This document shows, piece after piece, positions 38,501 to 49,407 of a DNA stretch of 64,000 bases. Source of the stretch: Eutreptiella sp. 'Long Island Sound 2002' (taxonomy: Eukaryota > Protista > Euglenida); assembly GCA_964036045.1 (NCBI GenBank), contig OZ038378.1, forward strand, positions 1,178,001-1,242,000, given 5' to 3'. Position 1 is the stretch's first letter; the number at the start of each line of letters is the position of its first letter. The position numbers were made by a program, and so were the translations under genes. Under the pieces are notes generated by a model. The model made no database searches. It saw only the letters and a program-made list of their open reading frames with translations, and was not told where the DNA came from.

Positions 38501-40485
38501 TGCCAGTCCTGCTGCTTATATTGCCTGTTAGCATGAAGTCTGGCCGAAATTTCGGCCAGCATGTAGTCCTCAGCCTCTTCAGCCTTTTATTATTGTGTTT
38601 CCCCATAGGCACTGCAAAAGTCTGCTTTGATTCGTCAGGTGGCAAGTATTTGCTTGTAATTGAGTATATTATGTTGCACACCCTGTTCAAATGTCACTGC
38701 TCCTGTGTTCCTTGCTCATGTCTACTGTCTTAGGTACCCATTTCAGTGATCATATTCGGAGTTTCGATGGACCTGGCCGAAATTTCGGCCAGCTTAGGCT
38801 TGTCTGTCAAATAGGACCATGTGTTTGGACATTTTTCGAAGAGTTGGCCGAAATTTCGGCCAGGTTGGTTGAAATAGGAAATACAAGTACATGCTTTGGG
38901 ATAGTTTTCTGTGTGCTTCAATGTAAGGTATGTTTGGGGTTCCCTCATCTGTGGTGTATAGGGGGGTTCTGTGATCAACCTCGAACAAAGGGGAGAGAAA
39001 AATAGGCAGCCCCCCCCCCCCACACACACACTGGAATGCAGTGGTCTAAATGTGAAACAACACTATATTTTGGTGATTGAATGTCTTTATTTTGAAAATC
39101 TGTGTGTTTCCAGAAATGCAAATAATGGCATATATTTGAAATACACACCTTGTTTTTGCATGTTGCCACAGGGGGGTTAGGGTACCCAAAAAATAACACC
39201 CCTTTTCACATACTTTTCCCCTCATTACAACATGGACTTCCGTGGGCCATAGCGCCCGGTGGGGGGTGGGCAACTTGTGACGCCACAGTATGAAAGGAAG
39301 GGTTGAGGCCGCAGAATGGTTCACCCTGAAAAGGTCAAGTGCCCCTGCAATGGTACAAGAACACAGCCATTGCAGCAAATAACAGCGGGAAGAAGGCATG
39401 TATTCATGAAATCAGCAATATTTCTATGGATTACGTCGAGCTGCATCACAGAAAGGGCAGCCTTAGAGTATGAGCCATTGAAGGATAGTTAGGGGCCAGT
39501 AGTTTTTCCCATTACCTCAGAGAGTCCGTACCAAGTCCTCTTTTCTAGCTTCCGGGATGTCCTCAAGTAGTTGTCTGAATTGGCACACACACGTACGCTA
39601 CTTGAACCACTTTGCTGTTTTGAGCTGCCCGGCGTTAGGGAGCGGCCTTCGAGGAATGCATCCTCCAAGCATTTCAACGGCATCTTGCAGGTTGCGGAGG
39701 CTAAGACGGCAGGGATTATTTACCAATTTCGCTTTCGCCAATACTTCGGCGAACCCCAAAAGGTCATGGGTTATCTAGCTAGACCTACAAAAACACTAGC
39801 GTTGAGATAGCCTTTCTGATTTTCTTGCTATGGCTGGGATCCTCAAGATAGGAAGGGGTGGTTAGCCACGCTGTCCACCTTCCAAAGATGGAACAGGTTG
39901 TGTGACTTCTGTTGTGTCCCCCACTTTGGGCCCCCCAAGACCGCAAGGGCGACGGAGCCCATTTCTTCTTGTACCGTGTTGCAAGAGCCCCTAAGGAGAT
40001 AATGGTCATGTAGCCACTTTTGATTTGCTCCCCACTTCCGGCACCCGAAGACGGAAGGGGTTGTTTAGGCATTTTGCCCACATGTGGGCTCCCCAGACGG
40101 CAAGGCGCGGGTAGCAGTTTTGATTTTGTCCCCATGTAGGGGACACCCAAGATGGCAAGTCCACTACTGCTACGTTTTCCTCCCTTTATCCCCCTCGAAC
40201 CGCAAGCGTGTTGTGGCCATTTCTTACTCCATCCTCCTTGGGTGCCTTTGAGAAGGCAAGGATTGTTTGGCCAACTTTGATTGCTTCCCCACTTCGGGCA
40301 CCCCTAAGAGGGTAGGGGCTATGTAGCCATTTTCGATCATGTTCCACTTCGGGAACGCCAAGACGGTAGGAGCTATGTAGCCATTTTTGATTATGTTCCA
40401 CTTAGGGGACCCCCAAGTAGGTAGGGGTTATATAGCCTATTGCCCACATATGGTCTTTCAAAGGGGTAGGGTCGTCTTGTCATAT

Positions 40486-40993
40486 TGTAAGTGTTTCGGG
40501 GCGTTGATGAAGTTCCCTTTCTTATTATTATCTTCTGATTTCTGAAAATATGTCCTCATTATTGATATTGTCCACTGGAAAACCATCGAAGTTGAGCTGG
40601 TATGGCAAGGCAACAAGAACAGACACGAGAACTCAACACATACATGGCGTACTTGAAGTCATGCACCGGTCCGGAGTCGCAGAGCCAACTCAGGCTCTTA
40701 CATGCCCCTACATAACATGCAAGCATAACATGTACAATTGCACATACACTGGACCTATATTTACATAATCATTGAGCGCAAAAATTATTGTTCTGGTGCG
40801 TGATTTCTCTGCTGCGCGTGCGCGTGCTCTTTTCTCTGTGCGCGTGCGTTTTCTCTCTGTTCTCGCTCTCGGGTTTCTCTCTCGGTCGCTCTCTCTCTCA
40901 CTCAGTCTCACGTACAGTCACTCCTTTCCTTACCTCGCCCTCGCTCTCTCACTCGCTTCCTCACTCCTACCCTCGCTCGGCTCTGTCCTTACA
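40486..40993. mobile_element. Solo LTR (508 bp)
   Basis: Begins TGTAAG and ends CTTACA (perfect 6-bp inverted termini). 5-bp TSD CATAT at 40481-40485 and 40994-40998. Excision restores GTCATATATGATC as in the unit near 42770. Confidence 0.85.
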
Positions 40994-43900
40994 CATATAT
41001 GATCCTCTCGCAACCTTTGGGACCCAACACAAGAGGCTTTGGGTCGCCACGTTGTCCACTCCCACCTTCAAAAGACTCAATGGGTAGCGATGGGTTTTCT
41101 TTTGTGTTCGTGAAGGGGTGACCGCCAAGACGCGAGCCGTTATGTATCCATTTAGTCTCCGTAAAGGCCATGTAGACCGCAAGGGTTATGTACCAAATTG
41201 TGCTCTTATCCGCATTTCGAGGACCTGCATAACGGCAGATGTTATCAAACCAATTTTTTCCCCCGCGTGGGAGCCTCATGCCGATCTGATTTGCAATGTT
41301 GTTCCAACGTCTCTACTAATGTCTACCATGTCCCAGAACACTGGTTTTCATGACATTACTAGAGGGTATATGTCTCGACTCAACGATCGTATGATATTCG
41401 GATGGTTAGTTCTGGATTTGCTTTTGAAGCAGAATGGCGGTGACTAGCAGTGGGTCAAGGCACAATGCTTTCCAAGCCACTGCTTACGCAATAAGGCTTG
41501 ACATTACCAAGTTTCGGAGTACAAAGACATGATTGAAGGGCTGCTTTTGCCATGAAAGGAACACTAGGTCTAGCACTATGAAAGCAAGATGCGGAACGGT
41601 TGAACCTCAAAAGGTGAAGTACCCCCTATACTGGCAGAAGAACACGACCATTGCAGCAAATTGCAGCAAACAAGCCATGTATTCATGAAATGAAATGATA
41701 TTTCTATGGATTATGTCAAGCGGCATCACAAAAAGGTCAGCCTTAGAGCATGTATCATTCAAGGGTAGTTCGGGGACACTGGTTTTTCCCAATACCTCAA
41801 ACTGCTAGTGTACCAAGTCCTCTTTTCCACCTTCTGGGATCTCCTCAAGTGGTTGTATGAATTGGCACTCAGACATACACTACTTGCACCACTTTGTCGT
41901 TTTGAGCTGCCGGGCGTTAGGGAGCGGCCTCCGAGGAATGGATCAACCAAGAATTCAAACAGCATCTTGAAGGCTGCGGAGGCTAAGACGGCAGTGGTTC
42001 TTTAGCCACTTTCGCTTTCGCCGATACTTCGGCGAACCTCAAAAGTTCATGGGGTTTTCAGGTAGACCTCCAAAAACACTAGCGTTGTGAAGGCCCTTCT
42101 GATTTTCTTGCTATGGCTGGGATCTTCAAGATAGGAAGGGGTGGTTAGCCACGCTGTCCACATCCGCCTTCCAAAGATGGAATGGGTTGTGTGACTTCTG
42201 TTGTGTCCGCCACTTTGGGCCCCCCAAGACCGCAAGGGCGATGGAGCCCATTTCTTCTTGTATCGTGTTGCAAGAGCCCCTAAGGAGATAGGGGTCATGT
42301 AGCCACTTTTGATTCGCTCCCCACTTCTGGCACCTGAAGACGGCAGGGGTTGTGTAGGCATTTTGCCCACATAGGGCTCCCCAGACGGCAAGGCGTGGGT
42401 AGCAGCTGTTGTTTTTGTCCTCATGTAGGGGACACCCAAGATGGCAAGTCCACTACTGCCACGTTTTCCTGCTTTTTGTCCCCCCCAACTCGCAAGCGCG
42501 GTGTGGCCATTTCTTACCCGATCCTCCTTCGGTGCCTTCGAGAAGGCAAGGATTGTTTAGCCCATTTTGATTGCTTCCCCACTTCGGGCACCCCTAAGAT
42601 GGTACGGGCTATGTAGTCATTTTTGATCATGTTCCACTTTGGGGACCCGAAGACGGTGGGAGCTATGTAGCCATTTTTGATTATGTTCCACTTTGGGGAT
42701 CCCCAAGTAGGTGGGGGTTATATAGCCTATTGCCCAAATATGGCCTTTCGATAGGGTAGGGTCGTGTTGTCATATATGATCGTGCCGCAACCTTCGGGAC
42801 CCAACACATGAGGCGTTGGGTTGCCACGTTGTCCACAGCCATCTTCAAAACACTACATGGGTTGCGGCGGGTTTTTTTTTGTGTTTCCAAAGGGGTGACC
42901 CCCAAGACGCGAGCGGTTATGTATCCATTTAGTCTCCGTAAAGGACGCATAGACGGCAAGGGTTATGTAGCAAATTTTGCTCCTATCCACACTCCGAGGA
43001 CCCGCAAAACTGCAGCTCGAACCATCGTTTTTCGCTTGGGAGCCTCAAGCCGCTCTGATTTTGCAAAGTTGTCCCAACGTCCCTAATAATGTCTACCATA
43101 TCCCAGAACACCGGTTTTCATGACATTTCCAGAGGGTGTATGTCACGACTCAACGATCGTATGATTTTCGGATGGTTAGTTCTGGATTTGCTTTTGAAGT
43201 AGATTGGCGGTGACTAGCAGTGGGTCAAGGCACAATGCTTTCCAAGCCACTGCTTACGCAATAAGGCTTGACATTACCAAGTTTGGGCGTACAAAGACAT
43301 GATTGAAGGGCTGCTTTTGCCATGAAAGGAACACTAGGTATAGCACCATGAAAGGAAGAGCTCAAGATGCGGAACGGTTGAACCTCAAAAGGTGAAGTAC
43401 CCCCTACACTGGCAGAAGAACACACCCATTGCAGCAAATTGCAGCAAACAAGCCATGTATTCATGAAATGAAGTGATATTTCTATGGATTATGTCAAGCG
43501 GCATCACAAAAAGGTCAGCCTCAGAGCATGTATCATTCAAGGGTAGTTCGGGGACACTGGTTTTTCCCATTACCGCAAACTGCCAGTCTACCAAGTCCTC
43601 TTTTCCACCTTCTAGTATCTCCTCAAGTGGTTGTATGAATTGGCACACACACATACACTACTTGCACCACTTTGTTGTTTTGCGCTGCCTGGCGGTAGCG
43701 AGCGGCCTTCGAGGAATGGATCGTCCAAGAATTCAAACAACATTTTGAGGCTTATCGACGGTTTCTTTCTAGCACAAGTTTTAGCCAAAGCTTCCTCCGC
43801 TTTACCCGTATATCGCCCTTCAGGTGACTAGCACGGATTGCGTGTGGAGCTTCTTGTGCGTTGAATTGTTTTCCGTTTGAGCCGTCTTCCTCTCTTTCCA

Positions 43901-45263
43901 TGTCCAAGCTTTCGCTCATTTTCTACTTCCTCTTCTTGCAGCGTTGCGTCCTCATCCTGCTCTTTAAGGTCATTCAAGTCTTCTTGTTCTTAAGCTTGCG
44001 CTCCTTCTCCACTTCATGCCCCAAAGGGGAGGCGTGGTGTGGCCATGTTTCATTGCTCTGTGCTGCAAGACCCTTTGTAATGGCAAGGGCTGTGAAGCCA
44101 CGTTCGATTCCCCCCCCATTTACCATACCCCCATTCTAGCAAGCATAATGTAGCCATTTTGTCCGAATGGGGGCAACTAAGACGGCGGGGGTGATGTAGC
44201 CAGTTTCGCTTTTGCCTACATTTGGGTGACCCCCATAAGCTCATGGGTTATTCAGCCAATTGCCCACATTTGGACCCCAAAAAACACTAGCGTTGTCTAA
44301 GCTATTCTGATTTCGTTGCTCATTCCGGGGTTCCCAAGATACGAAGGGGTGCGTAGGCACGTTGTCCACATCCGCCCTCCAAAGACGGAATGGGTTGTGT
44401 CACTTTTGTTCTGTCTTGAGTTTGGGGTCCCCAAAGACCGCAAGGGCGAGGGAGCCCATTACTGCTCGTACCGTCCTGCAAGATCCTTCAAGGAGAAAGC
44501 ACTTATGTAGCCACTTTCGATACCCTTGCTTCCCTTGCTTTCGGTCTGCCGTTTGAGGCCTGGAATATCGATGAACGAATTTTTGCACTCTGCATCTCCG
44601 CAATCCCCGGGGTGTTGCGGGCGAGGAACTAATTGAGCCAAGTTGTTATCTTGAGCTGCCGCCGGCTAGGTCAGCTTAGGAGGAATACATTCTCCAAGAC
44701 TATCAATGGCATTGCACAAGCCATTGATAGCTGCTCTTTGGTTTGCCTCCTGCTCAAGCCTCTTCCGCTTTGCCCGTCAATCACTCTCCCTGTGGCTGCG
44801 ACAAATTGCGTCCCGAGCCTGCTCCCCAGTGTACTCCTTCCCTTTGCATAGCCTTCCTTTCTTTGGAGAAATATTTTGCGGCTGAGCCGGTTGTTCCTGC
44901 TCTTGCTCCTCTTCGTGCCCGTCATCCTCATTCTCTTTGTCAATTGCATGACAGGGTTTGTGTAGGCATTTTGCCCACATGTGCACCTAGGTAGATGGCA
45001 AGGATTTTGTGGCCACACTTCGGGGACCCGCAAGACCACGGGGGGCGCTCCTGGTCAGGTCCCGACCCCAGGGGGGGGGGGGGGGGGGGGGGGGGCTCTA
45101 CGGACCCCAAAATTGTCGCACGGAACAAGGTGCTTTGTCGGCGCCGGAGATTTTGTTTTAGGCTTACGGGAGGGGGAATTTTTCTTGTTCCACCCTATGT
45201 GTCTATACTCAAAATACTCACAATTTTGTGGAGAATTCAAAAATGACTAAAAAGAACAATGTC

Positions 45264-46064
45264 GCCACATTGCCCACGTTGTGGGCCACTTCTGATTTAG
45301 TCCCCCACTCTGAGGCGGAGGGGCTCCCTCAGACGGCAGGGGTTAAGTAGCCACATTGCCCACGTTGTGGGCCACTTCTGATTTAGTCCCCCCGCTCTGA
45401 GGCGGAGGGGCTTCCCGAGACGGCAGGGGTTAAGTAGCCACATTGCCCACGTTGTGGGCCACTTCTAATTTAGTCCCCCCGCTCTGAGGCGGAGGGGCTC
45501 CCCGAGACGGCAGGGGTTAAGTAGCCACATTGCCCACAAGTGGGCCACTTCTGATTTAGTCCCCCCGCTCTGAGGCGGAGGGGCTCCCCGAGACGGCAGG
45601 GGTTAAGTAGCCACATTGCCCACGTTGTGGGCCGCTTCTAATTTAGTCCCCCCGCTCTGAGGCGGAGGGGCTCCCCGAGACGGCAGGGGTTAAGTAGCCA
45701 CATTGCCCACGTTGTGGGCCGCTTCTAATTTAGTTCCCCCGCTCTGAGGCGGAGGGGCTCCCCGAGACGGCAGGGGTTAAGTAGCCACATTGCCCACAAG
45801 TGGGCCACTTCTGATTTAGTCCCCCGCTCTGAGGCGGAGGGGCTCCCCGAGACGGCACGGGTTAAGTAGCCACATTGCCCACGTTGTGGGCCACTTCTGA
45901 TTTAGCCCCCCCGCTCTGAGGCGGAGGGGCTCCCCGAGACGGCAGGGGTTAAGTAGCGACATTGCCCACGTTGTGGGCCACTTCTGATTTAGTCCCCCCG
46001 CTCTGAGGCGGAGGGGCTCCCCGAGACGGCAGGGGTTAAGTAGCCACCTCGCCCACGTTGTGGG
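45264..46064. repeat. Homogeneous 85-87-bp tandem array, nine full units plus a partial unit
   Basis: Unit starts at 45264, 45350, 45437, 45524, 45610, 45697, 45784, 45869, 45956 and 46043; units are nearly identical. Confidence 0.95.
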
Positions 46065-46145
46065 TTTCGTTGTGGGTTTCGTTGCACCAACTGCAACGGT
46101 GGAGAGGTTGTGGCAGCTCTCGCTGAACGACATTGAACAACTTTT

Positions 46146-47009
46146 TTGATGTATGTCCCCTTGCCAAAGGCAGTGCCGCTTGTGCCATATGCGGCGTTGG
46201 GTTGTGCTCAATACCGTGAGCAGCTGCGGAATGCTCCGGGAGCAAAGCGCATGCCTTGCCCTTTTCCGAATTGTGACCGATTTTTCATGCACGCTTCAAT
46301 GCGCCCGCATATTGCTGGGCATTTTTTGCGAGGCCATAGGTGGGCCGGCCAAGAGGGTGCGGATAAAGGCGCATTTTGCTTGTGGTGTGGCAAGACAGAT
46401 GGCAAGTGCAGCACAAGTGTGCACGGCAAGAAAATTGACAGCAATTGCAGTCTTGCGTACCATCGGCTACGGCTAAACAGCGCGGCAACCCCAACAGCGA
46501 TGAACCCTAGCACCAACTTGCCAGTTCGCTGCAAGGTGCTTGATTGCCGAAAATGCCATTGCACCTACGCCATGCCACACCACATGGCACAAGCGCACCC
46601 TGGTGTGTCCCATGACTATGCCGGGTGCAGCGAAGAGGAGAAAACAAAGGTGTTGCAAGCCTTTGACAATTTCCGGGCCCCATTGCCACCGAAGGCGAAG
46701 CCTCCTGCGCCGCCGGCTCTGCCCACTGTTCTCCCTGCTCTTCTCTCTGGGCCAAACCAAGGTAGTAGTAGCAGTGTCTGTAGTAGTAGCAGTAGCTCGT
46801 CCACCAATGCCTCCTCCAGTACGAGTGCATCATCTAGCAGTAGTGCCCCATCAGCCACTAGTGACTATGTGCCATCGGAATCCATGTCTGATGGGCCGGC
46901 AGCCTGCCGGGTCACAAGAGCACAAGCAGCCCGGCCAAAGAAGCGTGCTCGCCCCAAGAGTACCGGCAAGAGGGCACGCGACGAGTGGGAGGATGATTCC
47001 GATGCTTGA
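46146..47009 (+). CDS. Cys/His zinc-finger-like protein with Ser-rich and basic tail, probably 5'-truncated
   Basis: CPFPNC...MRPHIAGH, CLWCG..DGKC, NC, and TNLPVRCKVLDC...MPHHMAQAH. A frameshifted N-terminal extension (VERLWQLSLNDIEQLF) lies across the T-run at 46142-46147. No introns. Confidence 0.6.
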   Translation: MMYVPLPKAVPLVPYAALGCAQYREQLRNAPGAKRMPCPFPNCDRFFMHASMRPHIAGHFLRGHRWAGQEGADKGAFCLWCGKTDGKCSTSVHGKKIDSNCSLAYHRLRLNSAATPTAMNPSTNLPVRCKVLDCRKCHCTYAMPHHMAQAHPGVSHDYAGCSEEEKTKVLQAFDNFRAPLPPKAKPPAPPALPTVLPALLSGPNQGSSSSVCSSSSSSSTNASSSTSASSSSSAPSATSDYVPSESMSDGPAACRVTRAQAARPKKRARPKSTGKRARDEWEDDSDA

Positions 47010-47693
47010 GGCCCCTCCCCTCCCTTCGCTTCTCTATGTATATGTCTGTGGCTCCCTTTGCTTCTCTACATATATGTCTGTGGTTTGTGACAAGGGGAAG
47101 GAAAGGCCTTTGGGCGAACTCAAGGCAACATTCAATACTGCTCTAAAAGTGCTGCAAAACAATCACCATTCACAGTGCATCTTTTTAGCTTTGTGTGTTT
47201 GCGCGCTTGGACGGGGCTTGCCGGAAAAGGTGCTTGGTTTGGGTCAACGAAGGGGGGGGGGGGTGGGGTCCCCCCCCCTTCGGAGGGGGGTGGGGTCCCC
47301 CCCCCCTACAGCCCCCCAAACTGTCGAACACCCCTCGGGGTCACACATTGGCTGGCGGCCGCCCCCGTGCGCAAGACCGAAGATGTTATTGAACCATGTT
47401 TTTCCACTTGGGAGCCTCATATTGATCGAATTTGCAATGTTGTTCCAACGTCCCTACTAGTGTGTTCTATGTCCTGGAACACCGCTTTTCATAACATGAG
47501 CATAGGGTGTATCTCTCAACTCCACGATTGTATGACATTCGGTTGGTTAGTTCTTGATTTGCCGTTGAATCGGATCGGAGAGGGCTACTAGTGGGTGAAG
47601 GCACAATGCTCTCCGAGCCACTACTTACTCAGTAAGGCTTGCCACTGCCAAGTTTGGGAGTACAACGACATCGAGGGGTCCATTTCCGATCCT

Positions 47694-48749
47694 CTATTGC
47701 ACAACACCTTCGTACCAACCAACGTTGAACTTTACGTGAACAACTTGGCCTGGCACAAACTCAGTCGGTGGCCTATTGCCAATCCGTTCACAATCCGCCG
47801 CCGGCAACGGCTCAGAGCTAGGTTCATGGGCCAACAGTTGTTGGGTATTGAGCTCCTCGGACAATGAAGCAGGCTCACCACCACCACCACCACCTTCGCT
47901 TTCACTGACCGTCGATTGAAGCCCCGAACAAGCCTCCGCGGCTGCAGTTGCAACAGCACGCATGGTTTGGGCCTGCTCCACACGAGCACCGTCTTCCGCA
48001 GGGGGGGGCAAGGTTTGATGCAATTGCCCATGTTGCGGCGGAAAAGAACAGACACTACCTGCGGCGAGGGCCACAAGGGTGGTGTTGATTGAAAATTTCC
48101 GTCTTTGCTCGGCTAGCCATGCCGCAACCGATTGGGCGGCAAACATATTCCGAAATGACGGATGATGAAGCGGCTCCCGGCACGTGGGACCACGCTTCAT
48201 TCGCCGTGCTACAATTTGCTCTACTACCAAATGATGGCACCGGATACAACGCCAATCTTGCATTACTACAGGGTTCATTTCCAAATCCATTGGTTTTGCA
48301 GGCAGAGCCGTATTGCATTCCGGGACCAGGCAAAGGTTAACAGCCTCCAAAGGGAGACGGCCCTCACATTGCCGGCAGCATGTATGCCCATTGCCACAGC
48401 CCAGCATTACAGGACTATGGTCGCCCGTAAACAACTCGAAACATACTTTGCAAACAACCTGTTGTGGTGGTGTATCAATGCACCACTCAGGTACCCCGCC
48501 ATCAGGCCGTTGTGCCTCTTGAGGGACCTGTGCAGATGCGACTGGAGCATATTGAGGTGCTGCTGGCAGGACTGGTGGAATGGCAGCTGCAACATTTTGA
48601 GCTACCGTCGGCACCACTTGGGCAGCACGTTGTGGTGCCGCTGATGGAACTCTTGCAAGTGCAAGCCCAGCATTTTGAAGTGCGGCTGGCGGGAGCTGTG
48701 CAGTTTGAGCTGCAGTATGTTGTGAAGGAAGGGGCAGTAGCCGTTCCAT
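47694..48749 (-). CDS. Intronless RING-finger ORF ending in a Tudor-like motif, inserted in a repeat unit
   Basis: CKVC-x14-CGNGH-TCCRQC-x11-CLVPEC (48452-48312); a further GPTCREP; C-terminal FVPGQVVHVKFNVGWYEGVVQ*RIGNG. ATG at 48749 is at the junction with host repeat sequence. The insertion spans ~47672-48750 with no clear TSD. Confidence 0.6.
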   Translation of the reverse strand: MERLLPLPSQHTAAQTAQLPPAALQNAGLALARVPSAAPQRAAQVVPTVAQNVAAAIPPVLPAAPQYAPVASAQVPQEAQRPDGGVPEWCIDTPPQQVVCKVCFELFTGDHSPVMLGCGNGHTCCRQCEGRLPLEAVNLCLVPECNTALPAKPMDLEMNPVVMQDWRCIRCHHLVVEQIVARRMKRGPTCREPLHHPSFRNMFAAQSVAAWLAEQRRKFSINTTLVALAAGSVCSFPPQHGQLHQTLPPPAEDGARVEQAQTMRAVATAAAEACSGLQSTVSESEGGGGGGEPASLSEELNTQQLLAHEPSSEPLPAADCERIGNRPPTEFVPGQVVHVKFNVGWYEGVVQ

Positions 48750-49407
48750 GAATATACCATAAAAGCACACTAGGTTTTGCACTATGAAAGAAAGGGTCGA
48801 GCACGCGGAATCATTGACCCCCACAGGGTCAACCACCTCCTATAATATTAGAAGAACACACGCATTGTAGCAAATGACGGCTGCAAGAAACCATGTATTC
48901 ATGAAAGTAAGTAATATTTCTGCGGATTATGTCAAATGGCATCACACAACGGCAAGGTGTAGAGCATGATTCATTCAAGTGTAGTTAGGGGACAGTAGAT
49001 TTTCCCAATACCTCAAAGTGCCAGGTCCCAAGTCCTCTTTTTCAGCTTCCGGGATCTCCTCAAGTGGTTGTATGGACTCGCACAGCACATGCACATACAC
49101 TACTTGAACCACTTTGTTGTTTTGCGCTGCCCGGCGGTACGGAGCGCCCTTCCAGGATTGGATCCTCCAAGCTTTCAAACAACATCTTGAAGGTTAGGGA
49201 TGGGTGCTTTCGCCTCAGCTTGTACCTCAAGCGTCCTTCTCTTTATGTGTCTATCGCCCTCCCTATCACTTTCACTAATCGCGCCTTGAGCTTGCTCTCG
49301 GGTGAACTATTTTCTCCTTGAGGCGTCTTATCCTCTTTCGGGGTGCAATTTTCGGGTCTTTTTCTTCTTCCTCTTCTTGCTCATCATCCCACCTCGTGTC
49401 CTCGCTC

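Larger units (their letters stand above)
32960..38863. repeat. About 14 dispersed copies of the perfect 20-bp palindrome CTGGCCGAAATTTCGGCCAG
   Basis: Copies start at about 32960, 33031, 33101 (1 mismatch), 33172, 33241, 33899 (2 mismatches, in ORF1), 35636, 35707, 35775, 36733, 37131, 38540, 38773 and 38844. None was seen outside the TIR element. Confidence 0.95.
32755..39288 (+). mobile_element. 6,534-bp DNA transposon with 22-bp TIRs and 5-bp TSD, superfamily unassigned
   Basis: Left TIR CTTAGGCGTCACAAGTTGCCCA (32755-32776) matches the reverse complement of 39267-39288 (CTGTGGCGTCACAAGTTGCCCA) at 20/22. TSD TATGA at 32750-32754 and 39289-39293. Removing the element restores the host repeat sequence CACTATGAAAGG seen in other units. 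Confidence 0.92.
45037..47369 (+). mobile_element. 2,333-bp TIR element with 8-bp TSD carrying a tandem array and a zinc-finger ORF
   Basis: Termini CACGGGGGGCG and CGCCCCCGTG; TSD CGCAAGAC at 45029-45036 and 47370-47377. Excision restores GGGGACCCGCAAGAC..GATGTTATTGAACC as in the unit near 24705. Confidence 0.85.

Noticed and set aside
45264-46064. 87-bp array as a CRISPR array
   Set aside because: Whole units are near-identical with no unique spacers, no cas genes are present, and the context is eukaryotic.
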